The position numbers were made by a program, and so were the translations under genes. From contig OZ250165.1 of NCBI GenBank assembly GCA_965238005.1, forward strand, positions 3,392,001-3,456,000: DNA of 64,000 nt. The letters run 5' to 3'. Shown piece by piece: positions 50,881-59,924 of this stretch. Position 1 is the stretch's first letter; each line of letters begins with the position of its first letter. This DNA comes from Longimicrobiales bacterium (GTDB taxonomy: Bacteria > Gemmatimonadota > Gemmatimonadetes > Longimicrobiales > Gaopeijiaceae). Under the pieces are notes generated by a model. It saw nothing but the letters and a program-made list of their open reading frames with translations, made no database searches and was not told the origin of the DNA.

Positions 50881-51894
50881 ATGTCAGATCAGAGGCGGAA
50901 AGCGTTGATACCTGATAGAGACGACGGCGATGCCGTCATGGATCTCTCGAGGCGCGACATGGTTAGGATGACCGCCGGTGCCGGTGCCTATCTTGCGCTC
51001 AGTGGTTGCAGCAAGTCCGAAGTCACTTCGGGGCTCCTCACCAAGCCCATTCCGTCCTCGGGAGAGCAGATACCAGTGATTGGCATCGGAACCGCCCGGG
51101 ACCGCTTCATCCTCGACCAGCCGCCTGAAGACATTGCGATGCGGAAGCAGGTGTTTCAGGAGTTCACATCCATGGGTGGCCGCATGCTCGATGTGTTCCT
51201 AGGCGAGGACACCGAGACCTTCTGCGGCAACTTGATTCAGGAGCTGGGCAACCGCGAGCAGTTCTTCATCGCCACGAAGGAGAGCGTCAGGGCGGCAGTT
51301 AGTGCCGGTACCGATACTCGGCAAGCGGGCATCGACCGGATGAACGCATCGTTCAGCCGTTTCAACACCGACGTGATCGATCTGATGCAGATCCCGCACC
51401 TGACGGATTGGGAAAATCAGCTACCGATCCTACGTGAGTGGAAGCAGGAGGGGCGCTTCCGATACATCGGCGTGACCGTGTTTAGAAACGACCAGCACGA
51501 GGCCCTCGAATCCGTGATGCGACAGGAAGGCCTCGATTTCGTACAGCTCGACTACTCTTTGGAGGGCCGTCAGTCCGAGGAGCGCCTATTGCCACTGGCG
51601 GCCGACCGAGGAATGGCCGTGATGATCAACGTTCCCTTCCGCCGCGGCCTCGTCTTCCAGCGCCTGGGTGAACGGGAATTGCCCGGCTGGGCCGCGGAGC
51701 TGGAGTGTCAGACGATGGCACAGGTCACCCTTAAGTTCATCGTTTCGCACCCGTCTGTGACGTGCGCTATTCCCGGTACGTACAAGATGGAATACCTCAC
51801 GGACAACATGGGCGCGGCCATGGGGCCAATGCCGGATGCTGCCATGCGCCAGACCATGGCCGCATGGTATGACGCGTTGCCGGAGGTGGGCTAA
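50881..51894 (+). CDS. Cassette 1: aldo/keto reductase with Tat-like signal
   Basis: SRRDMV; IPVIGIGT, FIATK, IDLMQ, RYIGVT, VQLDYS, IPGT; bounded by GTTAGGC and CCCTAAC. Confidence 0.85.
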   Translation: MSDQRRKALIPDRDDGDAVMDLSRRDMVRMTAGAGAYLALSGCSKSEVTSGLLTKPIPSSGEQIPVIGIGTARDRFILDQPPEDIAMRKQVFQEFTSMGGRMLDVFLGEDTETFCGNLIQELGNREQFFIATKESVRAAVSAGTDTRQAGIDRMNASFSRFNTDVIDLMQIPHLTDWENQLPILREWKQEGRFRYIGVTVFRNDQHEALESVMRQEGLDFVQLDYSLEGRQSEERLLPLAADRGMAVMINVPFRRGLVFQRLGERELPGWAAELECQTMAQVTLKFIVSHPSVTCAIPGTYKMEYLTDNMGAAMGPMPDAAMRQTMAAWYDALPEVG

Positions 51895-51961
51895 GCGCGG
51901 ACGAGCACTCAAGAGACGGCGGCCGATCGAAGGACTGACATGCATAGCCCTAACAAGCGAT

Positions 51962-53639
51962 GAGGCCGTGTGAAAACTCACCATGATTGAACGGGGAGCG
52001 AGCACCTAGGGCGGTGAGCTTGACATTTTGCTGGGAGGGGCGGGAAAGTAGTCGGGTGGGGCGTTGCGGACCTGACAGGGCCGTCTGGAAGCGCCCCGAA
52101 GGGCGAAAAACGGCGCTGAGGACCCCCTCTACGCGAGGGCGTCCAGCAGCTGCGGGACCTCGACGATGTTGAGGACCCGCTTCAGGTTGTAGGCAAGCAC
52201 GGTCAGGCTGAACTCGCCGCGGACCTTCCGCATGCCTTTGAGCAGAAAGTACCCCTGGTCCATCCCGCGCTTCATCGTGCCAAACGGATGCTCCACTAGC
52301 GCTTTGCGCTGCGCGAAGCGCGCCTGCTCCCGCTGGAGCCGTTGCGCCATCTCCTCCATCAGGTGCTCGTCCGCCCACCGTGTGATCTTCCGCCCGTCTT
52401 TGTTGCGCGTACAGCGGGGCCTGAGTGGACACCGCTTACAGGCGGTGGTCCGATAGTTCTTGATGGTGCGCCCGAGCTCGACGGTGGTGGTGCGGTAGGT
52501 GAGCGTCTTCCCCGCAGGACAGCGATAGAGGTCCCGAGTCCGGTCGTAGACGAAGTCATCTTTGGTGAAGAGCCCGCGCTTGGCATTGGCCGAGGTGATC
52601 GGTCGGGGCACCAGCGGCGTGAGGCCCGCCTCCACACACGTCTTGATCTCGGCGCCGTGGTAGTAGCCCCGGTCGGCCACCACCACCGGCGTCACGTTCC
52701 TCAGTACCTCCTGGGCCGCCATGGCCATCGGACTGAGCTGATTCTGGTCGGCGGCGGCGTTGGTGACCGTCTCGGCCACAATCAACTTGTGCTTGGCGTC
52801 GACCGCGGTCTGGACGTTGTAGCAGATCTCGATGCGGCCCCCGCTCATCATCGGCCGACTGTCGGCATCGGTGAGTGAGCGCGCGCTCTCCCCACTCGCC
52901 GCCAGCTCTTGCTGGAGATCCTCGTAGCGCTCCCGGCGCTGCTTAAGCGCCGCAATCTTCTCGCGCAGGGCGTCGGCGCTCGGCCGCTCGGTGCCCGCCT
53001 CCGCCTCGTCCTGGCGCTCCAAGTCTCGCAGATAGCGCGCGATCGTGCGCTCGATGTCCCGTTGTAGCTTGGCCAAGCGGGCCGCGGTGTAGCTCCGATC
53101 CCGGGCATTGACCGCCCGGAACTTGCTCCCATCGATGGCGAGCAACTCGCCGCCAAAGAGGTCCAGCCGCTTGCACAAGAGAATGAACTCGCGGCATACG
53201 CCCTTCAGCGCCTGCGGGTGATCCCGGCGGAAGTCAGCGATGGTCTTGAAGTCGGGTCGCAGTCCTCGCACCAACCACATCAGCTCGATGTTGCGATGCG
53301 TCTCCTGCTCCAGCCGCCGGCTGGAGCGAATGCGGTGCAGGTAGCCGTATAGGTACAATCGCAGGAGATCACCGGGATCGTAGCCCGGGCGGCCCGTATC
53401 TGCAGGCACCGATCGCTGAAAACTGAGCGTGCCGAGATCGAGCTGCGCCACGAAGGCGTCGAGGAAGCGCACTGGGTTGTCAGCGGTGACGTAGTCGTCG
53501 AGGACCTCAGGGAGGAGCACCACTTGGGTGCGATCCCTGCCGGCGATATAGGCCATGGGCGAAGCTCCGAGCAAGGGGAGCACTGGCCAAAACACGGGAC
53601 GTATAATATATGGCACGTCAGGAGTTTTCACACAGGCTC
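51962..53639 (-). mobile_element. IS1182-family element with 4-bp target duplication
   Basis: 18-bp imperfect IRs GAGGCCGTGTGAAAACTC / GAGTTTTCACACAGGCTC; CGAT duplicated at 51958-51961 and 53640-53643. Confidence 0.9.
52129..53556 (-). CDS. IS1182-family transposase
   Basis: GRPGYDP, SSRRLE, PDFKTIADFR, IDGSKF, YNVQ, ADRGY, VEHPFGTMK, AYNLKR. Confidence 0.93.
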   Translation of the reverse strand: MAYIAGRDRTQVVLLPEVLDDYVTADNPVRFLDAFVAQLDLGTLSFQRSVPADTGRPGYDPGDLLRLYLYGYLHRIRSSRRLEQETHRNIELMWLVRGLRPDFKTIADFRRDHPQALKGVCREFILLCKRLDLFGGELLAIDGSKFRAVNARDRSYTAARLAKLQRDIERTIARYLRDLERQDEAEAGTERPSADALREKIAALKQRRERYEDLQQELAASGESARSLTDADSRPMMSGGRIEICYNVQTAVDAKHKLIVAETVTNAAADQNQLSPMAMAAQEVLRNVTPVVVADRGYYHGAEIKTCVEAGLTPLVPRPITSANAKRGLFTKDDFVYDRTRDLYRCPAGKTLTYRTTTVELGRTIKNYRTTACKRCPLRPRCTRNKDGRKITRWADEHLMEEMAQRLQREQARFAQRKALVEHPFGTMKRGMDQGYFLLKGMRKVRGEFSLTVLAYNLKRVLNIVEVPQLLDALA

Positions 53640-53899
53640 CGATCGCTACAGTCGCGGAAGGAGCGAGTGGCTCGCGCGTGCCGCGCTCGGTGACCAGATT
53701 GGCCGCGCAGTAGAATCGCGAGACGTTCTATGAAAGAGAGTGTCAAGAGCGGCTCCGCCCCGGCTGGATGCGAAGCCGTGTTGGGCTTGGCACTCAGCCC
53801 CTTGGTTGGATTAGCCGGATCGTCAGAGAGCGGTGTGCTGGATGAGTCAGTCTTCGTGTGGGCCATGATGATCCTCGCTTGGATGATCGATCCGTCCGG

Positions 53900-54140
53900 A
53901 CTTGATTGAGTGGACCTGGGTCGTACGACGCGAACCATGGTTCTATCTGAGACTCAGCGGCTTGATACTTCTTCGGGTTCTGCGGAAGGGCCTGGAGTTA
54001 GACTCGTGCCTCGGCATGACTGCGAGCCGGGCGTACGTCTCGCGTTGAGACTGCCTCCCGCACCGTCGTCCGGGGATTCGACGTTCCAAGGGATCGAGGG
54101 TCATACGCTGCACCCTACGCTCCGGGACGACGAACCCCCT
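53900..54140 (-). ncRNA. Candidate bridge/seek RNA of element C (boundaries approximate)
   Basis: ACGTCTCGCG (54035-54044) is the reverse complement of the left target flank; GTTAGA (53997-54002) equals the right target flank; a hairpin lies between them; GTTCTAT (53940-53946) equals the element end. Confidence 0.7.
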
Positions 54141-55134
54141 CTATATTTGGGGTCGACTCAGCTGGGTCGGATCAAAGACTTCTCCGGTTTTGAGTAGACG
54201 AAGGGTGAGCGCGGCGAGCTTACGCGCCAGCGTCACACGGGCGAGCTCCTCGCGCATCCCGCGCTCGATCATTCGGTGATAGAAATCTTGTAGAGGGCCC
54301 CGACGTCCGATGGCTACGTTGGCGGCGCCCTTAAAGACATTCTTGAGTACGCGATTGTGGTTGGGGTTCAACCCTCGCGTGAGTGGAGGGCGACGACGAC
54401 GACGAGGGCGCCCATCAAACAACTCGTAGTCGGCGCCTTGGTCTTCTTGCGCTGAGTCCGAAGCACATCGAGCTGAGCGTACAGGGTCTCGGCACGTAGC
54501 CGAGCACCGTGCTCGGGTAGCTGTGCGACCCAGGCGGCGCGCCCCTTCGGCTGGTAGACACCGCCGCCCGTGGTTCGGATGGCCCGCGCACGGAAGAGTG
54601 CCTTGAGCCGCAGCATCACGCGCGTGCCGTCCTCGACGAGGTTGCGATAGGCTCGAGTTAGACACCGCCGCCCGTGGTTCGGATGGCCCGCGCACGGAAG
54701 AGTGCCTTGAGCCGCAGCATCACGCGCGTGCCGTCCTCGACGAGGTTGCGATAGGCTCGAGTCAGCTCCTTGAGATCGCCTCGGCCGTGTGCGCCGTGGT
54801 ATACCGCTCGCAGGCTGCCGCACCGCAACTGCTCCGACAGTTCGTCGGCATCGACCTGGTCCCCCTTGTTGCCCGATCGCTTCTCGCCTCTGCGGTCGCA
54901 CACGATCACCCGGTCTACACGAGGACTCAGTAGGTCGTAGAGCCACTGCGCCTGTGTTCCCTCCTCGAACACCACGTGCACCGACCCAGCCATCGCGCTG
55001 AAGAACTCCCTTATCGATTCGTCGCTCGTCTCCACCACGCTGCGCGCGATCACACGCCCCCCTTCGCTCCGAACCGTCGCCACCGTCATTGCCTGGTGCA
55101 CGTCGAGCCCCACATACTTGGTGTTCCGCTTCAT
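54141..55134 (-). pseudogene. IS110-family transposase pseudogene
   Basis: YVGLDVH, VFEEG, KGDQVDA, C-terminal NRVLKNVF...ARVTLARKLA; broken by a 104-bp duplication and an internal deletion. Confidence 0.85.
54555..54762. repeat. Exact 104-bp tandem duplication
   Basis: 54555-54658 equals 54659-54762 (TAGACACCGCC...GGCTCGAGT). Confidence 0.92.
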
Positions 55135-55329
55135 GAGAGCCGCCCTCTGCTGTGGTCCATGGTTGTTTCGCAACTCCACGGTACCCACAGGGGGCGTGCT
55201 TTCAAGTTGTGTTAGAGCGCACCCCGGAACGCTTTCGGTCCTACGTGCGCGAGAAACCTTGCGATAACGAATGAGATACTTTATTTACCACAGTACTCTG
55301 CATCAGTTTGTTCTCCGCTCCGCGGACTC

Positions 55330-56566
55330 ATGAAAGCGACGACCGACCGCATCCTCCAGCTGCTCGATGATCCCGAAGAGCTCGAGGCACTCTATCGGCA
55401 GGCCCCGGAGGCGTTTCGCGAGTCGCTCGGCGAGGCCTTCCGTACGGATCCCGATTCGGTGGCGCTGCGCATATGGCGGGCGCGACTTGAGTACCGCGAG
55501 CCGGGTCAGGGGGCGATTTTGCCTCGTAGGCTGGGTTATGCGATCGCGATCGCCCTGGCCGTCGGTGCGCTCGTCCGACTCCCGGCTCTCTGGCTCGGGG
55601 AGGTACTACCCTCGTCTTGCACCGTCGTGGGTCATCATGGCGCTTGCCGCGTATTTCTGGATCAGGCGTCCCGACCGTAGCCTGCTGATCGCGGGCTTGG
55701 GCCTGTCCCTCGCAGTCGTCGTCTATGTCAGCCGGCTCCCAGACTACACCGACTCAGTAGTAATGGCCCTGGTCCACCTCCCGTTCGTCTTCTGGACCTT
55801 CCTCGGACTGGTGTTCATGGGAGACTCGTGGCGAGAGGCGGATGCGCGGGTCCGCTTTGTTCGCTACAACGGTGAGCTGGTGGTTCTGGCCAGCCTAGTG
55901 GCGCTCGGCGGGATGGTGTTCAGCGGGGTGACGGTCGCCTTGTTTGAGTTGGTTTACGAGAACATCGGGGATTGGTACTTCAGCAACGTCGGAGTCTTCG
56001 GTGCCGCCGCCGTACCCGTCGCCGGGACGTATTTGTACGATGCCGTGTTCAATGAACGGACCGGGATCGCGGCAGTGCTCGCACGCGTCTTCGCCCCCCT
56101 CTTCTTAGTAATGGCGGTCACCTACTTGATTGTCGCGTTCATCGGAGGCGAGAACCCGTTCGTCGACCGTTCCTTCCTGATCACGTTCAACGGCTTGCTA
56201 CTCGTAGTACTTGGCATCTCGGTCTTTTCGATCGTGGAACGCGCCGAGGGGTCGCAGGTGGGGTTGATAGACTACATCAACATTACGCTCGTATTGGTCA
56301 CTCTCGTGATGGACGCGATCGCGCTATCCGCGATTCTTTTCAGGATGGCGTCCTTCGGATTCACGCCGAACCGAGTGACCGTGCTTGGAGCCAATCTGGT
56401 CATCATGGTGCACCTCGCATGGATATGCTGGACCTACGTCGCGCTAGTGCGCCGGAGGGCGGGGTTTGCGGCGATGCGGCGGGTCGTGGGAAGCTACCTC
56501 CCGATCTACGGGGCTTGGGCCGCCGTCGTTGCCTTCCTCCTGCCGCTAGTCTTTGCGTTCGCTTGA
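55330..56566 (+). pseudogene. Cassette 2: polytopic membrane protein (DUF4153-like) with a frameshift near 55600
   Basis: ORF 55330 supplies the N-terminus (to LPALWLGE) and ORF 55367 supplies YYPRLAP...GFTPNRVTVLGAN; bounded by GTTAGAG (55211) and AGCTAAC (56616-56622). Confidence 0.7.
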
Positions 56567-56622
56567 GACAGAGCCAGATCTCCCTGCGTCTACCAATAGC
56601 TCTTGCCAAGGCGCGAGCTAAC

Positions 56623-56880
56623 ACCATTAAGAAGGACCGGGTCAAGAGTACGCACTGATCCTGAGGCGGCGGGCGATGCCCCCAGATATGGGCGCTCTTG
56701 AACGCACACTCCCGCGGACAACCCGGTTCGGGGGAAGTCTGACTACTTGTGGCCTAACGACTAACGTCACCGCTCTCTTCCTCAGCTTCCCGCCCGACTC
56801 CTCTTATCGCCTCGGAGTCCATGGAGACTGGGCTCGGGCAAGACCCCTGTGCTTCAACTGATTAAAGAGGAACTCGAGGT
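56623..56880 (-). mobile_element. Possible orphan IS110/IS1111-type 3' end 'D' directly after an attC R'' stub (right boundary unknown)
   Basis: TAAC followed by 19 nt then TCAAGAG, the same geometry as element A; non-coding; no attC body follows. Confidence 0.45.
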
Positions 56881-57048
56881 GCCAGCCGTCATGCGCGATC
56901 GGCGACCTGGGTAGGGGTCGGGCGTCAGGACCGAGCCCCAGATTCACGGAACATCCTAGCGCTCAACCTCCGCACCACCCTACAATTCCCCCCCGGGTCC
57001 TCCTTCCTCGGACTCGGTTCGGTTTCCCCGGGCCTGAGAGGCAATCCC

Positions 57049-58518
57049 ATGCGCGCACCGAACCTGATGGCGATCCGGTCGACCTTGTTCGTCGCTCTCA
57101 CGACAGCTGCCCTCACCACCCTCGCGCTCGCGGCCGCACCGACCCACGCGGGCGCCCAGGCGACCGCCTCGGATTCCGAGGTCCTGGCTCAGATCGACCT
57201 CTTCTCCGCGTGGCTCGAAGGTCAGATCGAGATCCGTGGACTACCGGGCGCCGTCGGCGGCGTCGTTTCGGGTGATGAGCTGGTGTGGGCTGAGGGCTTC
57301 GGACGTGCGGACGTCGATGCGGATCGGCCCATGGAGACCGATATGCGCTTCCGCATGGCTTCGCACAGCAAGCTCTTCACCGCAACTGCTATCATGCAGC
57401 TCCGGGAACAAGGCAAGGTTCGGCTTGATGATCCCGTCACCGATTACCTGCCATGGTTCACCTTCCAGAGCGCCGCTCCTGACGATCCTCCGGTCACCAT
57501 CGAGCACCTGCTAACGCACAGCTCCGGGCTCCCGCGCGAGGCCGGTTCGCACTGGACCGACTTCGACTTCCCAACCCCCGAGGAGGTCCTCGAGTTGATG
57601 CCCGATCGTCAGGCCCCCTTCTCACCCGAAGTCCGCTGGAAGTACTCGAACCTCGCCTACACCATCGCCGGCATGATCGTGGAGGCGATCAGCGGGATGA
57701 GCTGGGCGGACTACCTTAAGCAGAACATATTTGACCCGCTCGGCATGAGCTCGTCTAGCGTCGATCTGCCGGACGCGAAGATGGCTACTGGGTACGGCCG
57801 TCGGATGCCCGACGGCTCTCGGCAGGTCTTTCCGTTCGTCGACGCGCGCGGGATGGCCGCCGCGACGGGACTCACGTCGACGGTCGAAGACATGGCCCGC
57901 TTCGTGTCTGCCCAGTTTCGGACGGGGGCCCGCGGCGGTGACCGGCTTCTGAGGACGGCATCGCTTCGGGAGATGCATCGTGTGCGCATGCTCGAAAACA
58001 CGTGGACGAGCGGCCAAGGCATCGGATTCAGCGTGCGACGGATCGACGGGAAGCTCTATGTCGGCCACGGCGGCGGATACCCGGGCTACACGACGAACAC
58101 GACGATCCAGCTCGACTCGAAGGTTGGTGTAATCGTTCTAACGAACACGAATGACTCGAACCCTTCCCAGATCGCGGAGCAGCTCATGGGCACGGTCGGC
58201 GAAGCTGTCGCCTCCGCGACCACAGTCGAGCCGGAGGTCGTCGCGTGGGATCCCGCGTGGGAGCGCTTCGCCGGTGTGTACCGGAGCCGCGGCGGCGAGA
58301 CGCGAGTCCTCGTCATGAACGAACGGCTGGTGACGATGAATCCGTGGGGCACGAGTATCGGGGACCCGACCCAACTCGAACTGATCGGCGACGGGACGTT
58401 TCGCATGGTGGCGCCCACAGGTGGTGGCCCGGTCGGCGAGATCGTCCGGTTCGTCGAGGAGAACGGCGAGGTCGTACGGATGATTACAGGAGATTCGTAC
58501 TCCGTACGCGTGCGCTAG
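57049..58518 (+). CDS. Secreted serine hydrolase (beta-lactamase / AmpC-like fold)
   Basis: Signal peptide; SHSK (SxxK), LLTHSSGL, YSN, HGGG. Confidence 0.9.
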   Translation: MRAPNLMAIRSTLFVALTTAALTTLALAAAPTHAGAQATASDSEVLAQIDLFSAWLEGQIEIRGLPGAVGGVVSGDELVWAEGFGRADVDADRPMETDMRFRMASHSKLFTATAIMQLREQGKVRLDDPVTDYLPWFTFQSAAPDDPPVTIEHLLTHSSGLPREAGSHWTDFDFPTPEEVLELMPDRQAPFSPEVRWKYSNLAYTIAGMIVEAISGMSWADYLKQNIFDPLGMSSSSVDLPDAKMATGYGRRMPDGSRQVFPFVDARGMAAATGLTSTVEDMARFVSAQFRTGARGGDRLLRTASLREMHRVRMLENTWTSGQGIGFSVRRIDGKLYVGHGGGYPGYTTNTTIQLDSKVGVIVLTNTNDSNPSQIAEQLMGTVGEAVASATTVEPEVVAWDPAWERFAGVYRSRGGETRVLVMNERLVTMNPWGTSIGDPTQLELIGDGTFRMVAPTGGGPVGEIVRFVEENGEVVRMITGDSYSVRVR

Positions 58519-58537
58519 AAGCGGCTCGACCCGCCGT

Positions 58538-58697
58538 TTCGTCTGGCGATCTGGCGATGCGCATGACGTTGAGATCGTCGACTACCACTAGGAGGCATCT
58601 AATGACCACATCGACGATGGCGCCGGTACACCCAGGCGAGGTCTTGCTTGAGGAGTTCCTCGAACCAATGGAGATTAGCCAGTGCCGACTGACGAAG
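58538..58697 (+). pseudogene. higA: Truncated higBA toxin-antitoxin remnant
   Basis: FVWRSGDAHDVEIVDYH* (HigB C-terminus, stop 58591), then GGAGG and MTTSTMAPVHPGEVLLEEFLEPMEISQ (HigA N-terminus from 58602). Confidence 0.8.
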
Positions 58698-58876
58698 GAC
58701 GGGTCCCTCCACGAGCTGACCCGTGTTGCTCACGATGGCGATCACTGAATACGTTGCATGGGCGTCGATTCCTGCGACAAACATGGCTGGCCTCCTTGGG
58801 TTCGGGTGCCGCAGGCCTTGAGTAAGCACAGTGCAACACCCAGCCCGAGTGAGGTCCGCCCTTCGCCTTATAAGAT
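58692..58876 (-). mobile_element. 5' remnant of IS110-type element 'B1' abutting the attC L' box
   Basis: MFVAGIDAHATYSVIAIVS from ATG 58784; end TTATAAGAT joined to the attC right arm. Confidence 0.75.
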
Positions 58877-58897
58877 CAGAATCGCGAGACGTTATGC
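58877..58897 (+). other. Right arm of an attC site (partial L', spacer, R' GTTATGC)
   Basis: AGAATCGCGAGACGTT (58878-58893) is identical to the attC1 right arm (53712-53727). Confidence 0.8.
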
Positions 58898-58923
58898 GGC
58901 GCCGCCTGGCTGAGAGAATAGAC

Positions 58924-59286
58924 TCACGCAGGCTCGAACAGTTCGATCGGATTGCCATCCAGGTCTTCTGCGAGGCTCTGCCTGCCACCAGGGCCGCTAA
59001 TAATCTCGCTCCGGAACTGGACTCCGGCCCGCGTAAGCCTCTCGACCTCGGCATCCAAATCATCGACGTCGATGAGGATGCGGTTCCAACCGCCCGGCTC
59101 TGTCACACGTCCGTCGGGCATCGAGCGGCGTCCCGAGGACTTGGGGCCGCTGAGCAAGAGGGTGAGGTCTCCTCGAGTGACGATACAGATCGCGGGGGCT
59201 TGTAGCTCGATTACGAAACCGAAGTACTCGGTGTAAAAGGCCGCCGCCGCCCCGGGGTCGTTGACCATGTACCTCACTCTCGCCAT
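58924..59286 (-). CDS. VOC/glyoxalase-family protein carried antisense within a cassette
   Basis: VRYMVND...FYTEYFGF...GGWNRI...DLDGNPIELFEP; cassette bounded by GTTATGC (58891) and ACATAAC (59458-59464). Confidence 0.9.
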   Translation of the reverse strand: MARVRYMVNDPGAAAAFYTEYFGFVIELQAPAICIVTRGDLTLLLSGPKSSGRRSMPDGRVTEPGGWNRILIDVDDLDAEVERLTRAGVQFRSEIISGPGGRQSLAEDLDGNPIELFEPA

Positions 59287-59499
59287 TCCTGCCTCCAACC
59301 ACCCATATGACATTTTGGCACGACCCCCGGCTTTTGGATGAACCATCAACTCAGATGGGATCTCTATCACGCGCACCTAGAAGCCAAGGTCGATCTGCAG
59401 AGGATCAAGCCGCTCCGCAGAAAAGACCTGGCTAGAACTGCGTAGCGCGGGCGCGCCACATAACACTTATCAGGCCCCCGGAATCAAGAGCGCGCATGT

Positions 59500-59734
59500 C
59501 CCCCAGCGTGCCGCGGAGCGGCGCGTAGAAGAGTGAGCATCGGTCGCCGAGTCCTCTGACTTGGTTTCCGTAGGCAGGTGCGAGCGTAGGGAGCCTCTGC
59601 ACCAAACACTTATCGAGGTTCAACCGCCGGGTGCCCTTCGAGACGAGCTCGAAGGCGGCGGAGCAGGAGCCTCGTGTCCGCTCCTGCGACCTAGAAATTC
59701 ATCTGTACCCTCGTGCCGTCCGACTCCATTCAAG
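59500..59734 (-). ncRNA. Candidate bridge/seek RNA of element A (boundaries approximate)
   Basis: Structured, conserved in a second copy at ~63650-63888; internal AACACTTATC (59605-59614) equals the element end; TAGGCA is complementary to the attC R'' flank TGCCTA. Confidence 0.6.
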
Positions 59735-59924
59735 GTGAGCGGGCTCAGGCCGTGTTGTGAGGCCAGGCCAGTTAGCTCCGGGCTCGGGTGAGGGGCAGAG
59801 TCCATGGTGGACCGATGGCGATGTGTGTGAGGAGCGGGAGGAGGCGTCCAATCAAGCGAAGCGGCTGCCAACCATCCGCTGTCGGCTCGAGTTATATGTC
59901 AGGCTCGCCGACCTCCCCTCCCCG

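Larger units (their letters stand above)
51948..53727 (+). other. attC site 1 (about 100 bp once reconstituted), split by an IS1182 and followed at its GTT by an IS110
   Basis: Removing the ISs gives CCCTAAC-AAGCG-ATCGCTAC...GTAGAAT-CGCGAGAC-GTTAGAG, i.e. R'', L'', L' and R' boxes. Confidence 0.8.
53728..55210 (-). mobile_element. IS110/IS1111-type element 'C' inserted at the GTT of the attC1 R' box
   Basis: GTT on both flanks (53725-53727, 55211-55213); short subterminal IR TGAAAG/CTTTCA; ~410-bp non-coding 3' end; decayed transposase. Confidence 0.8.

Noticed and set aside
56890..56970. Group IIC-attC intron 3' end
   Set aside because: A domain-VI-like CCCTACCC is present on the minus strand, but no domain V hairpin and no reverse-transcriptase remnant
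57049..58518. Antibiotic-resistance beta-lactamase
   Set aside because: SxxK/YxN/HGG motifs fit the broad esterase/peptidase serine-hydrolase family; function cannot be assigned from sequence
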